From positions 83,266,001 through 83,330,000 of the forward strand of contig NC_058385.1 in assembly GCF_018350175.1 (NCBI RefSeq): a stretch of DNA of 64,000 nucleotides, written 5' to 3'. The notes below the pieces were generated by a model. That model did no database searches. It saw nothing but the letters and a program-made list of their open reading frames with translations, and was not told the origin of the DNA. This document shows positions 11,088 to 25,101 of this stretch, piece by piece. Within the stretch, counting starts at the first letter, position 1. Every line of letters begins with the position of its first letter. The DNA is from Felis catus (Eukaryota). A program made the position numbers and the translations under genes.

Positions 11088-12360
11088 CCAAATCAATATT
11101 ACAAATGAAGTCAAGTCTGCGGACTCAAGTCTGTGGAGTTGCACCACGAGCCTTTGCGTGAAGCTCTTTCTGGGGACAGTGTGGGCTTTTGTGTCAAAAA
11201 TATGTCTGTCAAAGGTGTTCATCACGGCAATGTGGATGGTGACAACAAAACTGCTCCATCAGTGGAATCCCCCAGCTTCATGGCTCAGGCGATAGTTTTG
11301 AAGTATCTAGGCCAAATCAGTGCTGGCTATGCACTTGTGTGGGGTTGTCACGTAGCTCTTCGCTTGCAGGTCTGCTGAGCTGAAGAAGATTGATCACCAT
11401 TCTGGGGAAAAAGCTGGAAGATGACCCCAAATTCTTGAGATCTGGTGATGCTGCCATTGATATGGCTCCGGCAAGCCCATGTGTATTGAGAACTTCTGTG
11501 ACTATCTTCCTCCAAGTTGTTTTGCCATTCTTGACATGAAGCAGACAGCTGCTTTGGGTGTCATCAAAGCAGTGGACAAGGCTGCTGGCGCTGGCCAGGT
11601 CACCCAGTCTTCTCAGAAAGCGTAATAGACTAAATAAATATTGTCCCCGATATCTGCTACCCCAACCCCCTTTTTAAAGTTTTTATTTATTTTGAGGGGC
11701 GCCTGGGTGGCTCAGTCGGTTAAGCGTCCAACTTTGGCTCAGGTCACGATCTCACGGTTCATGAGTTCAAGCCCTGCGTCAGGCTCTGTGCTGACAGCTC
11801 AGAGCCTGGAGCCTGTTTCAGATTCTGTGTCTCCCTCTCTTTGACCCTCCCCTGTTCCTGCTCTGTCTCTCTCTGTCTCAAAAATAAATAAATGTTCAAA
11901 AAAATTTTTTTAAATAAAGTTTTTATTCATTTTGAAAGAGAGAGAGAGGGGGCGTGCACATGCACGAGCAAGCAGGGGAGGAGCAGAGAGCAGCAGAGAG
12001 AGAATCCCAAGCAGACTCCGTGCTGTCGGTGCAGAGACTGATGCAGGGCTTGATCCCACAACCATGAGATCACAACCGGAGCTGATATCAAGAATCGGAC
12101 ACTTAACCAACTGAGCCACCCGGGTTCCCCACTGCAACCCCACTCTTAACCAGTGGTGGAAGAATGGTCTCAGAACTGCCTCAATTGGCCATTTAAATTT
12201 AATAGTAATAGACTGGTTCATAATAACAACGCACCATAATCTTCAGAAGGAAAGGACCATTTGGTGTTTTCAGTACTTTTTAATGGAAAAAAAAAACTTG
12301 ACCAAAACTCTGTCACAAAATTTTGAGACCCATTCAAACAAAGTTTAATGAGAGAAAAAA
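11088..12360 (+). pseudogene. EEF1A1: 5'-truncated processed pseudogene of EEF1A1 (domain II/III plus 3'UTR plus short A-tail), split by SINEs
   Basis: [70 protein letters not shown]; intronless with frameshifts; EEF1A1-like 3'UTR (cagtggtggaagaatggtctcagaactg..ttttgagaccc..aatgaga) at 12140-12355. Confidence 0.92.
11670..12130. mobile_element. Nested inverted CAN-SINE pair (+ 11696-11910 inserted in the tail of a - copy)
   Basis: Two SINEC bodies in opposite orientation inside the EEF1A1 3'UTR copy. Confidence 0.9.
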
Positions 12361-12919
12361 TAGTTTCAGATTAGATTTCCCCCTTAAGGCCCAATCCTAG
12401 GAGAAAGGAGGAAAGCCTTTGCGGGGAAACCTAAATGTGAAATGCATCTGGCCAGCCCTCCTTCACCACCAGGCAGAGGCACAGACTGACCAAGTGCACC
12501 TGTCTTCAGAGGCCTCATCTTGAGAAGCCCGGAAGTGTGGATAAGAGCAAGCAGGCCCACACATGCTTCAGGGCTCCACGTGCTCAGCCCTGGGTGGAAG
12601 GAGTAAGCTGTTGTCTTACACTTGTCAAAAAGGGAGGGAGGTATCTCTGGGTCTTGCCCTCAATTCCAGGTTCCTCATAGGGAAAGGGAGAAGCAGGAGG
12701 TGTTGTCACAAAGAGGCACTTCCTTGGAGGCCTTGCCCACTCCCCTCCATTTGTCCTGTTGGGTGTACCACAGGTACCTCCACCACAGCGCGGTGGAGGT
12801 AATGGCTATAGAGTCAGGAAGGCTTGAAGAGGAAGAACTGGAACCAGGCCTTGGAGTACAGGTAGGACGATGGCAGAAGGGGGCAGAAGTAGCACAAGCA
12901 AAGATACGAAGTAAAAAGA

Positions 12920-14815
<1,896 letters not shown>

Positions 14816-15407
14816 TAAATCAATGTCATCATCAAATAGTGCATGCTTAATGGATTATCACTAATTCTGGAAATGTGGATAAGACTTCAGTTTAAGCTCT
14901 CAGCCATTTCATGTCAGTCTTTATCTTGCGGTAAAATGCTCAAAGTGTTGGAAAGATGTCGGGAAAAGCTTGTTTTTACACTTAGAGCATTCAAAATAGT
15001 GTAAATCTGTTTGTACAAACCTTGTCTTATAGACCAGTAATGGAGATTCAAGTTAAGCAGGTCTAGAACACCCTCTTGGAGACACAACATGGAAATTGAT
15101 ACAACGTGAACCTCCTAACGCATGACCCAAACACTGGTTGATGGTTCCCAATAGAGCACCATATACATCACAGGAGTAATTGTCAGGCTTTCAGAAGCAG
15201 GCCCTAGGCAATATGAAAAACTGTAACCAGGGGTAGGTGGACTCAGCATTCCAGGGAAGCCCAAGAGAAAAGTAGCCCGAAGTGTTGTTAGAAGAGTCCT
15301 GTCAGCATCAGGTGGAAATAAGGCCCTAAATGAGGAAGTCCCAGTGAGAAGAATGAGACCAGTCCCATCCAGTGGACAGGGTAAATGGTGACGAGAAAAC
15401 AGCTTCC

Positions 15408-17513
15408 TGTGTTAGTCAACATGCTCTAGGAAGCAGGTGCCAAGATGAGATTAAACACGCAAGGGTATTCCTAGGAGAAGTATCTGTGTAAGACAAAACA
15501 CGGTATTAGGACAATGCAAGTTTGTTGCAAACTGAGTATGCAAGGAAGTATGATTTAATGCACCTGTCCCAAAGGATGGTGTTTTCTCCAAGCTTGTGCT
15601 TCAGCTGACCTATTAGAAGGCCAGTCCAGCGTTCCATGAGGCCACCTGCCTTTGGATAATATGTTACAGGATACAACCACTGGGTCTCACACTTCCTTCA
15701 CTATAAATTGGGTCCCCTGTTTGGATACCGTGCTATGTGAGATTCCATGCCTGTGGATGAAGCAAAGTGTAAGCCCTGAGTGGTACTGGCAGAGGTTCTG
15801 CAGGAAAGACATACATACTCATGCCTGGAATCAGTATTCATCTCTGTGAGAACAAACTGCTGCCCCTTCTAGGATAGAAGGGGCCTGCCTGATGTAGTCA
15901 ACTTTTTTCCTCACATGCTGGATAGTCAGAAGGGGGCAGCTGTTATATAGATAGGCCCTGTCACAGGGGGAGGGTCATGCTGGGGCCCATGTGGAGTCCA
16001 TTTCTTTTACCACAGTTACCTCTTTCAGGTGCCCACTATATTGACTCCAAGGTGGCTGATTATGAAGGCTGGCTAACATTCCATGTGCTTTTGACTTCTT
16101 GGTTGTTTGGTGCCTCTTCTGCAGTGGATGCTTTCTGATGGGTGTTCACCTATAATGCAAAAATCTGCACACTCCATGCCCCCTCCCATGTCCATACACG
16201 TGTCTCTACCACAGACCTCCTTGTTCCCAATCTCCCTTTTCTTTCTAGGCCCCCAACCAGACAGCCAGGATACTGGCACTGCCGAGGAATCTGTATATTC
16301 TCACCACAAGCCACTTCGGTTTCAACACAAGGTGGAGGAGCAGGTGCACTGCTTGAAGCTCCCACTGTCTTTCAAGGTCACCCTTGTGTGTGTCCGTAAT
16401 GCAGCAGCTGTTGCCCATTCTTGACATGTACCAATGTACTGATCTGATCTATCTAGAAACCAAGTTCAGACCTTTCCTTCCTCCATTAGCTGGTCATGCA
16501 GAACCCCCCTTATGGCCATAACTGTGAGCTGGGGGGTGGGGTAGAAGACATGGGAGACTGGGCTATCTGCTTACTCAGCTTACTTGTGTCCCCTTGGCCC
16601 TACTTGGGCATCATTCTGGATGTACCTACCATTTCCACCTTAGAATGGACTGCTGCTGGGCCTCCCTAGCTTTATGCCTTTGTAGGTCTTATGGACCTCA
16701 CCTCATAATGGGAGGTGCATATGGACAGGTGGCTCCTTGATGTTCCAGGATCAGCGCAGTTTTTTCCCCTACCAGGGCCCAGGAATGTGCCAAGACCTGG
16801 TTCTTAAATGGCATATAATTCTGTTCTGCAGATGTCACAGCCATACATACTCCAAAATCCCAAGATTCTGTCATTCTGTCATGCTCCCCATATTTTCCAA
16901 ATGCCTGCATCATTGCACCTCTCACGGCATTTCATCCCCCTGGTCATTTGGCCAGGTCACCACAAGTGACATGCTTAGCAATTGAGTGACCATTTTGCTC
17001 CAGGCACCAACTACTAACCAGGACAGTGTTCTCCTCACCAGCCAGACAGTGGGTGAAGCAGTCCCAAATGTCCTCCTGACCACCCACTTATGGTTCATTT
17101 GTGTTAGTCTGGATCCTCCAAGAAGCAGACACCAATACAGGATTAAGCATGCAAAAGTTTTATTAGGGAAAGAGTTGGCATGAGAAAAAATAAGGAGTCA
17201 GGGAAGATGGGGAGAGCTATCAGATCACAATTCAAGTCCAACCCAGGGAGAGAAGTTTGGGTGGAATCATTCCAGACTTGTGCCATCTAAGCAAACTTAC
17301 TGAGATGAAGTCAGCCATCTTGGCATTCTGTGCGTTCCAGGAATGGGCCTGCCTTAGTGTCCCTGCCATGCTCAGTAGATGGTAGGGATGAGCCCTGGGA
17401 AGTGGGGCCTCTGTGCAAACATGTTAATAACTTTCAGAGCTCAACCACTGAACCATTAATTAATGAGGTCTCTGAAATTGCAGTTGTTTTAGGAACATTC
17501 TCCTGGAAACCAC
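15408..17513 (-). mobile_element. Deleted ERVL provirus remnant (LTR16/ERV3-16-like): partial LTR, pol RNase H remnant, LTR
   Basis: Same LTR-terminal motif tgtgttagtc..gaagcag..ccaa..gattaa at 15408 and 17100. Minus-strand WFLDRSDQYIGTCQEWATAAAL..LKDS..ELQAVHL, IYTDS and EIGNKEVCGRD resemble ERVL RNase H. Confidence 0.75.
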
Positions 17514-17799
17514 AGTTGCCAACCAAGATATCTGTTGCCTATGTTGGGGGAAAGGAAAAGCATATGAGTTCAGGAAGTTGCTAATGAAAATATTTGCTAA
17601 TGAAATTCTTGCTGTCCCCACCCACCCCAACCAGTCCGAAAGATAAAAGTCAGGGGAGTAATTAGGGGTCTGTGCACAGACATGTTTGGGAAGTCATCAC
17701 ATGAGGCCTGCATGAGAATGACATGTCAGAGCAGGGCAGTGTGGATAGTGATGGCCATGCCAGCCTTGTGCAAACGCAGAGGACAGACGGGGGAAGTAG

Positions 17800-18395
17800 A
17801 GGCAGCTCCATAAGTTAAGGACTCAGTCCTCCTTCAGAGGCTAATTGCCAAGACCAGGTTGTCACCAGCACTTCCGACAAACTGGCTATAAGTCTGAGGT
17901 TCCATGACCCCTCCTCAGTCTGATCATTTGCTAGTGTGGCTCACAGAGCTCAGGAGAACACTTCTCTTACCAGATTCCCGGTTTATTATGAAGAATATAG
18001 CTCAGGAACAGCTAGATAGAGGAGATGCACGGGGGTGAGGAAGGGGGACAGGGCCCTCCTTGACCCCTCAAGGCATGACACTCTCCCTGCATCTCCACGT
18101 GTTCACCAACCCCAAAGCTCACTTAGCCCCCCCTTTTTTTTTTTGGAGGGGGGATTTTTATGGTGCTTTCATCACATGGGCATGGTCAATAACTAACTTA
18201 TTTTCCATTTCTCTTCACTTTGGAGGATAAGGGAGTAGGACTGACCATTGCAAGCTTCCATTCAGACCCACTCAGGAGCACACTGAGAGTCACCTCATTA
18301 GAACAAAAGACACTCCTATAACCCAGGAAATTCCAAGGGAGCTAAGGGTCTGTGTCAGACACTCCTATCACTTTGGAAATCACAAGGGGCAATTC
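17800..18395. mobile_element. MER21-like LTR
   Basis: Motifs tttgctag..ggctcacaga.ctcagg, agtcacctcattagaacaaaagacactcctat and ggaaattccaaggg, recalled as typical of the MER21 family. Confidence 0.65.
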
Positions 18396-18399
18396 TTAT

Positions 18400-20056
18400 A
18401 ACACCAGCATTCTTCACAGAGCTAGAACAAACAATCCTAAGATTTGTATGGAACCAAAAAAGACCCCCAAAATAGCCAAAGCAATCTTGAAAAAGAAAAC
18501 CAAAGCTGGAGGCATCACAATCCCGGACTTCAAGCTATACTACAAAGCTGTCATCATCAAGACAGTATGGTACTGGCACAAGAACAGACACTCAGATCAA
18601 TGGAACAGAATAAAGAGAACCCAGAAATGGACCCACAAATGTATGGTCAACTAATCTTTAACAAAGCAGGAAAGAATATCCAATGGAATAAAGACAGTCT
18701 CTTCAGCCAGTGGTGCTGGGAAAACTGCACAGTGACACGAAGAAGAATGAACCTGGACCACTTTCTTACACCAGACACAAAATGACTTCCAAATGGATGA
18801 AAGACCTAAACCTAAGATAGAAGCCATCAAAATCCTAGAGGAGGAAGCAGGCAAAAACCTCTTTGACCTCAGCCGCAATAACTTCTTACTCAACACGTCT
18901 CTGGAGGCAAGGGAAACCAAAGCAAAACTGAACTACTGGGACCTCATCAAGATAAAAGCCTTCTGCACAGCGAAGGAAACAATCAGCAAAACTAAAAGGC
19001 AACCGATGGAATGGGAGAAGATATTCGCTAACGACATATCAGATAAAGGGTTAGTATCCAAAATCTATAAAGAACTTATCAAACTCAACACCCAAAAAAA
19101 CCAATAATCCATTGAAAAAAATGGGCAAAAGACTTGAATAGATCCTTCTCCAAAGAAGACATCCAGATGGCCATCAACACATGAAAAAATGCTCAACATC
19201 CCTCATCATCAGGGAAACACAAATCAAAACCACAATGAGTTACCACCTTATACCTGTCAGAATGGCTAACATTAACAGCTCAGGCAACAACAGATGTTGG
19301 CAAGGATGCGGAGAAAGAGGATCTCTTTTGCATTGTTGGTGGGAATGCAAGTTGGTGCAGCCGCTCTGGAAAATAGTCTGGAGTTTCCTCAAAAAATTAA
19401 AAATAGAACTACCCTATGGGGGCTGAGTCGATTAAGCATCCGATTTCCGCTCAGGTCATGATTCAACAGTTCGTGGGGCTGAGCCCCATGTTGGGCTCTG
19501 TGCTGACAGCTCAGAGCCTGGAGCCTGCTTCGGATTCTGTGTCTCCCTCTCTCTCTCCCTTTCCCCTGCTTGTATTTTCGCTCTCTCAAAAATAAATAAA
19601 TAAACATTTAAAAAATAAAGAACTACCTTACGACCTAGCAATTGCACTACTAGCTATTTATCCAAGGGATACAGGTGTGCTGTTTTGAAGGGGCACATGC
19701 ACCCCAATGTTTATAGCAACACTATCAGCAATAGCCANNNNNNNNNNNNNNNNNNNNNNNNNNNNNNNNNNNNNNNNNNNNNNNNNNNNNNNNNNNNNNN
19801 NNNNNNNNNNNNNNNNNNNNNNNNNNNNNNNNNNNNNNNNNNNNNNNNNNNNNNNNNNNNNNNNNNNNNNNNNNNNNNNNNNNNNNNNNNNNNNNNNNNN
19901 NNNNNNNNNNNNNNNNNNNNNNNGCGAAATTAATCAGAGAAAGACAAATATATGACTTCCCTCATGAGGAATTTAAGATACAAAACAGATGAACACAGGG
20001 AAGGGAAGCAAAAATAATATAAAAACAAGTAGGGGGACAAAACATAAGAGACTCTT
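18400..20056 (+). mobile_element. Young carnivore/felid L1, ORF2 3' portion and start of 3'UTR, with a SINE at ~19418-19620
   Basis: [81 protein letters not shown]; frameshifted. Confidence 0.95.
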
Positions 20057-20270
20057 GGGGTACCTGGGTGGCTCAGTCGGTTAAGTGTCCGACTTCGGCC
20101 CAGGTCATGATTTCACGGTTCGTGGGTTCAAGCCCTGCATCAGGCTCTGTGTTGACAGCTCAGAGCCTGGAACCTGCTTTGGATTCTGTGTCTCCCTCTC
20201 TCTCTGCCCCTCCCCAGCTCATGCCTGCACTCTGTCTCTGTCAAAAGTAAATAAACTTAAAAAAAAAATT
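20057..20270 (+). mobile_element. CAN-SINE
   Basis: Full SINEC body and tail. Confidence 0.92.
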
Positions 20271-20274
20271 TTTA

Positions 20275-21165
20275 ATGGGCTACAGGCCTGAAAAGACATT
20301 TCTCCAAAGAAGACTTATACATATGGCTAACAGGCACATGAAAAAGTGTTCAATATCACTAATCACCAGGGAAATGTAAATCAAAACCTCAGACNNNNNN
20401 NNNNNNNNNNNNNNNNNNNNNNNNNNNNNNNNNNNNNNNNNNNNNNNNNNNNNNNNNNNNNNNNNNNNNNNNNNNNNNNNNNNNNNNNNNNNNNNNNNNN
20501 NNNNNNNNNNNNNNNNNNNNNNNNNNNNNNNNNNNNNNNNNNNNNNNNNNNNNNNNNNNNNNNNNNNNNNNNNNNNNNNNNNNNNNNNNNNNNNNNNNNN
20601 NNNNNNNNNNNNNNNNNNNNNNNNNNNNNNNNNNNNNNNNACTCCCGTGTCCACTGGGGCATTGTTCACAATAGACAAGATATAGAAACAAACTATCAAC
20701 CAAGTGGATAAAGAAAATATGACATATATATCACATTTATATATATGCAAACTATATGTGTNNNNNNNNNNNNNNNNNNNNNNNNNNNNNNNNNNNNNNN
20801 NNNNNNNNNNNNNNNNNNNNNNNNNNNNNNNNNNNNNNNNNNNNNNNNNNNNNNNNNNNNNNNNNNNNNNNNNNNNNNNNNNNNNNNNNNNNNNNNNNNN
20901 NNNNNNNNNNNNNNNNNNNNNNNNNNNNNNNNNNNNNNNNNNATCATTTCTCTTATGTTTGGAATCTAAAATAGTCAAACTCCTAGAAACAGAGATTAGA
21001 ACGACGGTGGCCAGGGGCTGGGGAAAGGGAGAAATGGGGGAGGTGATGGTCAAAGGGTACAAACTTGCAGTTTTGCAAGGCAAATAATTTCTAGAGATCT
21101 GCTATATAGTGTAGTGTCTGTAATCAACAATATTGTATCATATACTTAAAATTTGCTAAAAGATT
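20275..21165 (+). mobile_element. Older L1 (L1MA-like) 3' end, two N gaps inside
   Basis: aaagacatttctccaaagaagac..aatcaaaacc; 3'UTR gggtacaaacttgcagtt..ctagagatct..aaaatttgctaa. Confidence 0.85.
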
Positions 21166-21169
21166 AGCG

Positions 21170-21345
21170 GCTACGACGCCCTCAGCGTCAGCACAAATGC
21201 CCGGATCACAGAGGGCCGGGTCCTCCCGAGGTCCTAGAGCTGCCCGGAAGTGTCTCTGGATCGCTTCCGAGGACCTGGCCCTGCTTCCGGCGTGGCAGGG
21301 GTCCCGCTCTCCGCCAGGCCGCTGTGTGCCGGATTGCGCGTTCAG
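21170..21345 (+). promoter_or_regulatory. COMMD5: COMMD5 CpG promoter with ETS/GABP sites and non-coding exon 1 (donor at 21346)
   Basis: CCGGAAGTG (21244) and CTTCCGG (21284); CAG|GTGCGG donor; CpG island continues to ~21900. Confidence 0.75.
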
Positions 21346-22641
21346 GTGCGGGGAAGTCTCGGGGTTTTGGGGTGCGGGGAATGGGATCGCTCTTTCCGGG
21401 AGGGGACCGCGGACCGCGACGCGGCCCCTTGACCGCCACATCCGGGGAGCTCTAGAGGCAGATATGGTGCCGTTTGGGGCGGGGCCGGACAGCGCTTGAC
21501 TCTTGGGCGGCTCTTGGGCGGCCAGGGCCGCCCCGGCGAGCAGGGGGCACGACTCCAAACGGGCCGTCTCCGTCAGCTCCTGCCCCGGGCCGGTGGGCAG
21601 AGAGGGTCAGCGTAGGGCAGCACGCCAGCCTCCGGGGAGCAGGGCCTGCACAGCGCGGCGGCCGGGGCGAGTGGAAGGCAGTTCCTGATAGTGGCCAGGC
21701 AGTGGGGGACGACCCCTTGTTTGTCAGTGGATGATCTCTGACAGGCAGGGTGAGGGGAGGCCCGGCCTTCCGAGGAGATTGGGCACGATGAACCCCGTAG
21801 AGGGCTTTCCGTGCCCCCCGGGGCTTCCCCAGAGCTCCGTGGTGCCGCATCTCGCCTTGGGCCTGGTGGGAGCCTTGGGGGCGGGATCTGTGCCCGGCTG
21901 AGCTCTGTTCAAGCACTTGGAGCTGCTGAGGTGGGCGGTGCTCCCTCGTCCTGTATAAGCAGGTGTGTGGCTCGGTCACCTGCGATGTGTCATGACATTA
22001 TCCTGTCCCTTCAGGTAATGACACAGACCTTTCTCCAGGTACCTCAGCCCCTCCTGCTTGAGTGACTGTGTCTGGTTTCCCCTGTGCTGTGGAAACAGTG
22101 AGAAGTTTTGATAGACGGGCCTGGTTCTAGGCCCTGGCAGTTGTGTTTGAGCCCCGGTTTCCTTATAGACAAGGTGAGGATAGGAACTGGCTCTGGCAGA
22201 GCTGTTGTGAGAATTCAAAGTTGAATGATCTTACCGTGGGCAGTGGCAGCAGCCATGGCTGTGTGTCCCTGTGTTCTCTGGACTTTTCTTCTCCTTCATT
22301 CTTTTCTCCATTATGGATTTGGAGATCTTATGTGAGCTCTCTTGTTTTCTGGCTCTCCTCTCCTCCCCACTCCGTCTCCCTTCCCTGCCCACTCCTGGCT
22401 CTCCTCTTCACGGGATTCGAGTGGACCCCTGTGCCACCTGCTCTCAGGGAACCTCCCGTAACATGGGCTGTCATCAGTGGTTCATGCCGTCGGCCTCTCC
22501 AAGGCAGAGACCATGTCAGTCCTCATTTGCTGGCCCTTCAAAGGACAGAGGAGTTACTGGGCTTCTCTTCCCCCTCCGCCCTTGGCAGTTGCAGCTGGGA
22601 CCTTTCCTCTGGGCTGCCTGATCACGAGGGAGGAAACAGCG

Positions 22642-23316
22642 ATGTCTGCCGTGGGGACTGCATCTCCATACCTGCATTACCCTGGTGACAGTCACAGCAG
22701 CCGGGTGAGTTTCCTGGGGGCCCAGCTCCCCCCAGAAGTGGCAGCAATGCCCCGGCTCCTGGGGGACCTGGACAGGGGCACATTCAGAAAGTTGTTGAAG
22801 CTGGTGGTCAGCAGTCTGCAGGGAGAGGACTGTCGGGAGGCTGTGCAGCGCCTCAGGGCTGGCACAGACCTGCCGGAGGAAAGGCTGGGCGCCCTTCTAG
22901 CTGGCACAAACACACTGCTCCAGCAGGCTCTCCGGCTGCCCCCAGCCAGCCTGAAGCCCGACGCCTTTAAAGACCAGCTCCGGGAGCTCTGCATCCCCCA
23001 GGACCTGGTCATGGACTTGTCCAGCGTGGTGTTTGGGAGCCAGCGGCTTCTCCTCAACTCTGTGGCCAGGCGGCAGGGGACCTGGCTGCCCCATGTTGCC
23101 AGCTTGTGGTGGAGGGTGGATGTGGCAATCTCCACCAGTGCCCTGGCCCGCTCCCTGCAGCCGAGTGTCCTAATGCAGCTGAAGCTTTCAGATGGGTCAG
23201 CATACCGCTTCGAGGTCCCCACAGCCAAGTTCCAGGAGCTGAGGTACGGCGTGGCCCTAGTCCTGAAGGAGATGGCGGACCTGGAGAAGAGGTGTGAGCT
23301 CAAACTGCAGGACTGA
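22642..23316 (+). CDS. COMMD5: COMM domain-containing protein 5 (HCaRG), 224 aa, single coding exon
   Basis: MSAVGTASPYLHYPGDSHSSRVSFLG..; COMM domain WWRVDVAISTSALARSLQPSVLMQLKLSDGSAYRFEVPTAKFQELRYGVALVLKEM; acceptor at 22588/22594 upstream. Confidence 0.97.
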   Translation: MSAVGTASPYLHYPGDSHSSRVSFLGAQLPPEVAAMPRLLGDLDRGTFRKLLKLVVSSLQGEDCREAVQRLRAGTDLPEERLGALLAGTNTLLQQALRLPPASLKPDAFKDQLRELCIPQDLVMDLSSVVFGSQRLLLNSVARRQGTWLPHVASLWWRVDVAISTSALARSLQPSVLMQLKLSDGSAYRFEVPTAKFQELRYGVALVLKEMADLEKRCELKLQD

Positions 23317-23485
23317 CCCGTGCTTGCAGTCCCATTCCAGTCATTTGGGGGTGGCTGACCCCGATAGGCATCTCCAAAGTGAAGCCTGTCCTTCCAGGAA
23401 GCATTTTTCAATGAGATGTTTGAACGTAATGATGTCATTCTCTGTTTAATTAAGAAAGACAACTTTTTCTTCCCTTTGTACTGGA

Positions 23486-23491
23486 AATAAA
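23486..23491 (+). terminator. COMMD5: COMMD5 polyadenylation signal
   Basis: AATAAA ~170 nt after the stop, GU-rich sequence further downstream. Confidence 0.75.
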
Positions 23492-24154
23492 GCAACTATA
23501 AAAAAACAAAACCAAACACGTTCCCCTGGGTGGGCACCAAACTGCCACCCTTCCCCTGGCTGTTGCTCGTGTTGCTGGGTGAGGGCACCTGCTGCTCTGG
23601 TGTGGCCACATGTGGTCCGGTTATCATCTGGGGTCCAGGCCAAGGCCTTTGTGCGGACACTGTGGTCACTCGGCCTGGCTTGATGTAGCATTTGAGCTCT
23701 CCGCTCATTTGCTTTTATGAACCTTATGTCTTAGGGGGCGACAATTCATTCTCCTGCCTTAAATCTTTGACCTCGTGGAGCCAACATTCTAGTGCTGAGG
23801 GGGTGACATCGTAAAATGGGTAGTAAAAAATGACCAGTATCTTGTCAGAGAAGGGTGAGAGATGCAGAAATAGAGCAGGGTCCCTGTGAAGGGAGGCAGG
23901 GTTATGGAAGAGCTGGGCTGTCATCTTCGATTGGGTCATGGTGTGGGCCTTCTTGAGGACGTGGTCTAAGAGCAAAGATCTGAAGGAGGTAGGGGAACAG
24001 AGCAGTCTGAGGAATGGGGGCTCTGGGGAGGGGCAGCTGGCAGTGCATGACCGTGGAGCTGCGGCTGGGTGAGGGGCTGTGGAGGCCCCCGGGGCCTCCG
24101 TTCTGAGCAGAATGGGTGGGATCTGACAATTGTTTTAATAACTTTTCTTTCCCA

Positions 24155-24535
24155 GTTTTTTTGAGAGAGAGCACACACGCACACAGGGGAGGACACAAGG
24201 AGACAGAATCTCAAGCAGGCTCCATGTGAGGTCATGACCTGAGTGGAAATCAGAAATTGACGCTTAACCGGCTGAGCCACCCAGGTGCCCTTGACAGTTG
24301 TTGTAAAAGAATCTCACGGGGGGTGCCTGGGTGGCTCAGTTGGTTAAGCGGCCGACTTCGGCTCAGGTCATGATCTCGCGGTCCGTGAGGTCGAGCCCCG
24401 TGTCGGGCTCTGTGCTGACCGCTCAGGGCCTGGAGCCTGTTTCGGATTCTGTGTCTCCCTTTCTCTGACCCTCCTCCGTTCATGCTGTCTCTCTCTGTCT
24501 CAAAAATAAATAAACGTTAAAAAAAATTTTTTTTA
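24155..24535. mobile_element. Head-to-head CAN-SINE pair (- 24155-24290, + 24319-24535)
   Basis: Two SINEC bodies in opposite orientation. Confidence 0.9.
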
Positions 24536-24560
24536 AATCACAGGGGAGCACTTTAAATCA

Positions 24561-24610
24561 TACACACACACACATACATACATACATACATACATACATA
24601 CATACATACA
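24561..24610. repeat. (CA)n/(TACA)n microsatellite
   Basis: tacacacacacacatacatacatacata... Confidence 0.95.
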
Positions 24611-24754
24611 ATTAAATAAATAATCTCACTGGATGCTGTGTTGAGAGCACAGCACAAGGGCAGGGGCGGGGAGCCTGGTGGAGAGGCTGTTGCCAGGGCT
24701 GAGTTGGTATCTGGAGAGGGAAACGGGGGCCTCTCCTGGGATCCTCTAGGTGGG

Positions 24755-25101
24755 TGTCTTGGGCAGCTCAGGTTGTCATAACAAAATATCATAGATTAAA
24801 TGGCTTGAACAGCATAACTGTATTTCCTCACAGTTCCAGAGGCTGGAAGTCAGAGATCACAGTGTGAGAGGCTTCTGTCCCTAGTCTGCAGACAGCCTTT
24901 CCTCAGGAAGCGTGCGTGTATGAGAGAAGAGAACTCTCTTCTCTTACTGAGGACACCAGTCCTGATGCATCAGGGCCCCACCCTTATGACTCCATTTACC
25001 CTTAACCCCCTCCCTAAAGGCACCATCTCCATCAACAGTCATACTGGGGGTCAAGGCTTCCACACGAACTTTGGCCGGGGGACACTATTCAGTCGTTAGC
25101 A
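24755..25101 (-). mobile_element. MLT1A-like MaLR solo LTR
   Basis: gtcataacaaaatatcataga..cctcacagttccagaggctggaagtc..ggacactattcagtc. Confidence 0.8.

Noticed and set aside
22477-22641. 55-aa N-terminal extension of COMMD5 in the ORF track
   Set aside because: Starts at a non-ATG codon upstream of the splice acceptor (intronic); the ATG at 22642 gives the known 224-aa length.
22692-23495. 267-aa antisense ORF over COMMD5
   Set aside because: Shadow ORF of a GC-rich coding strand; no homology or promoter support.
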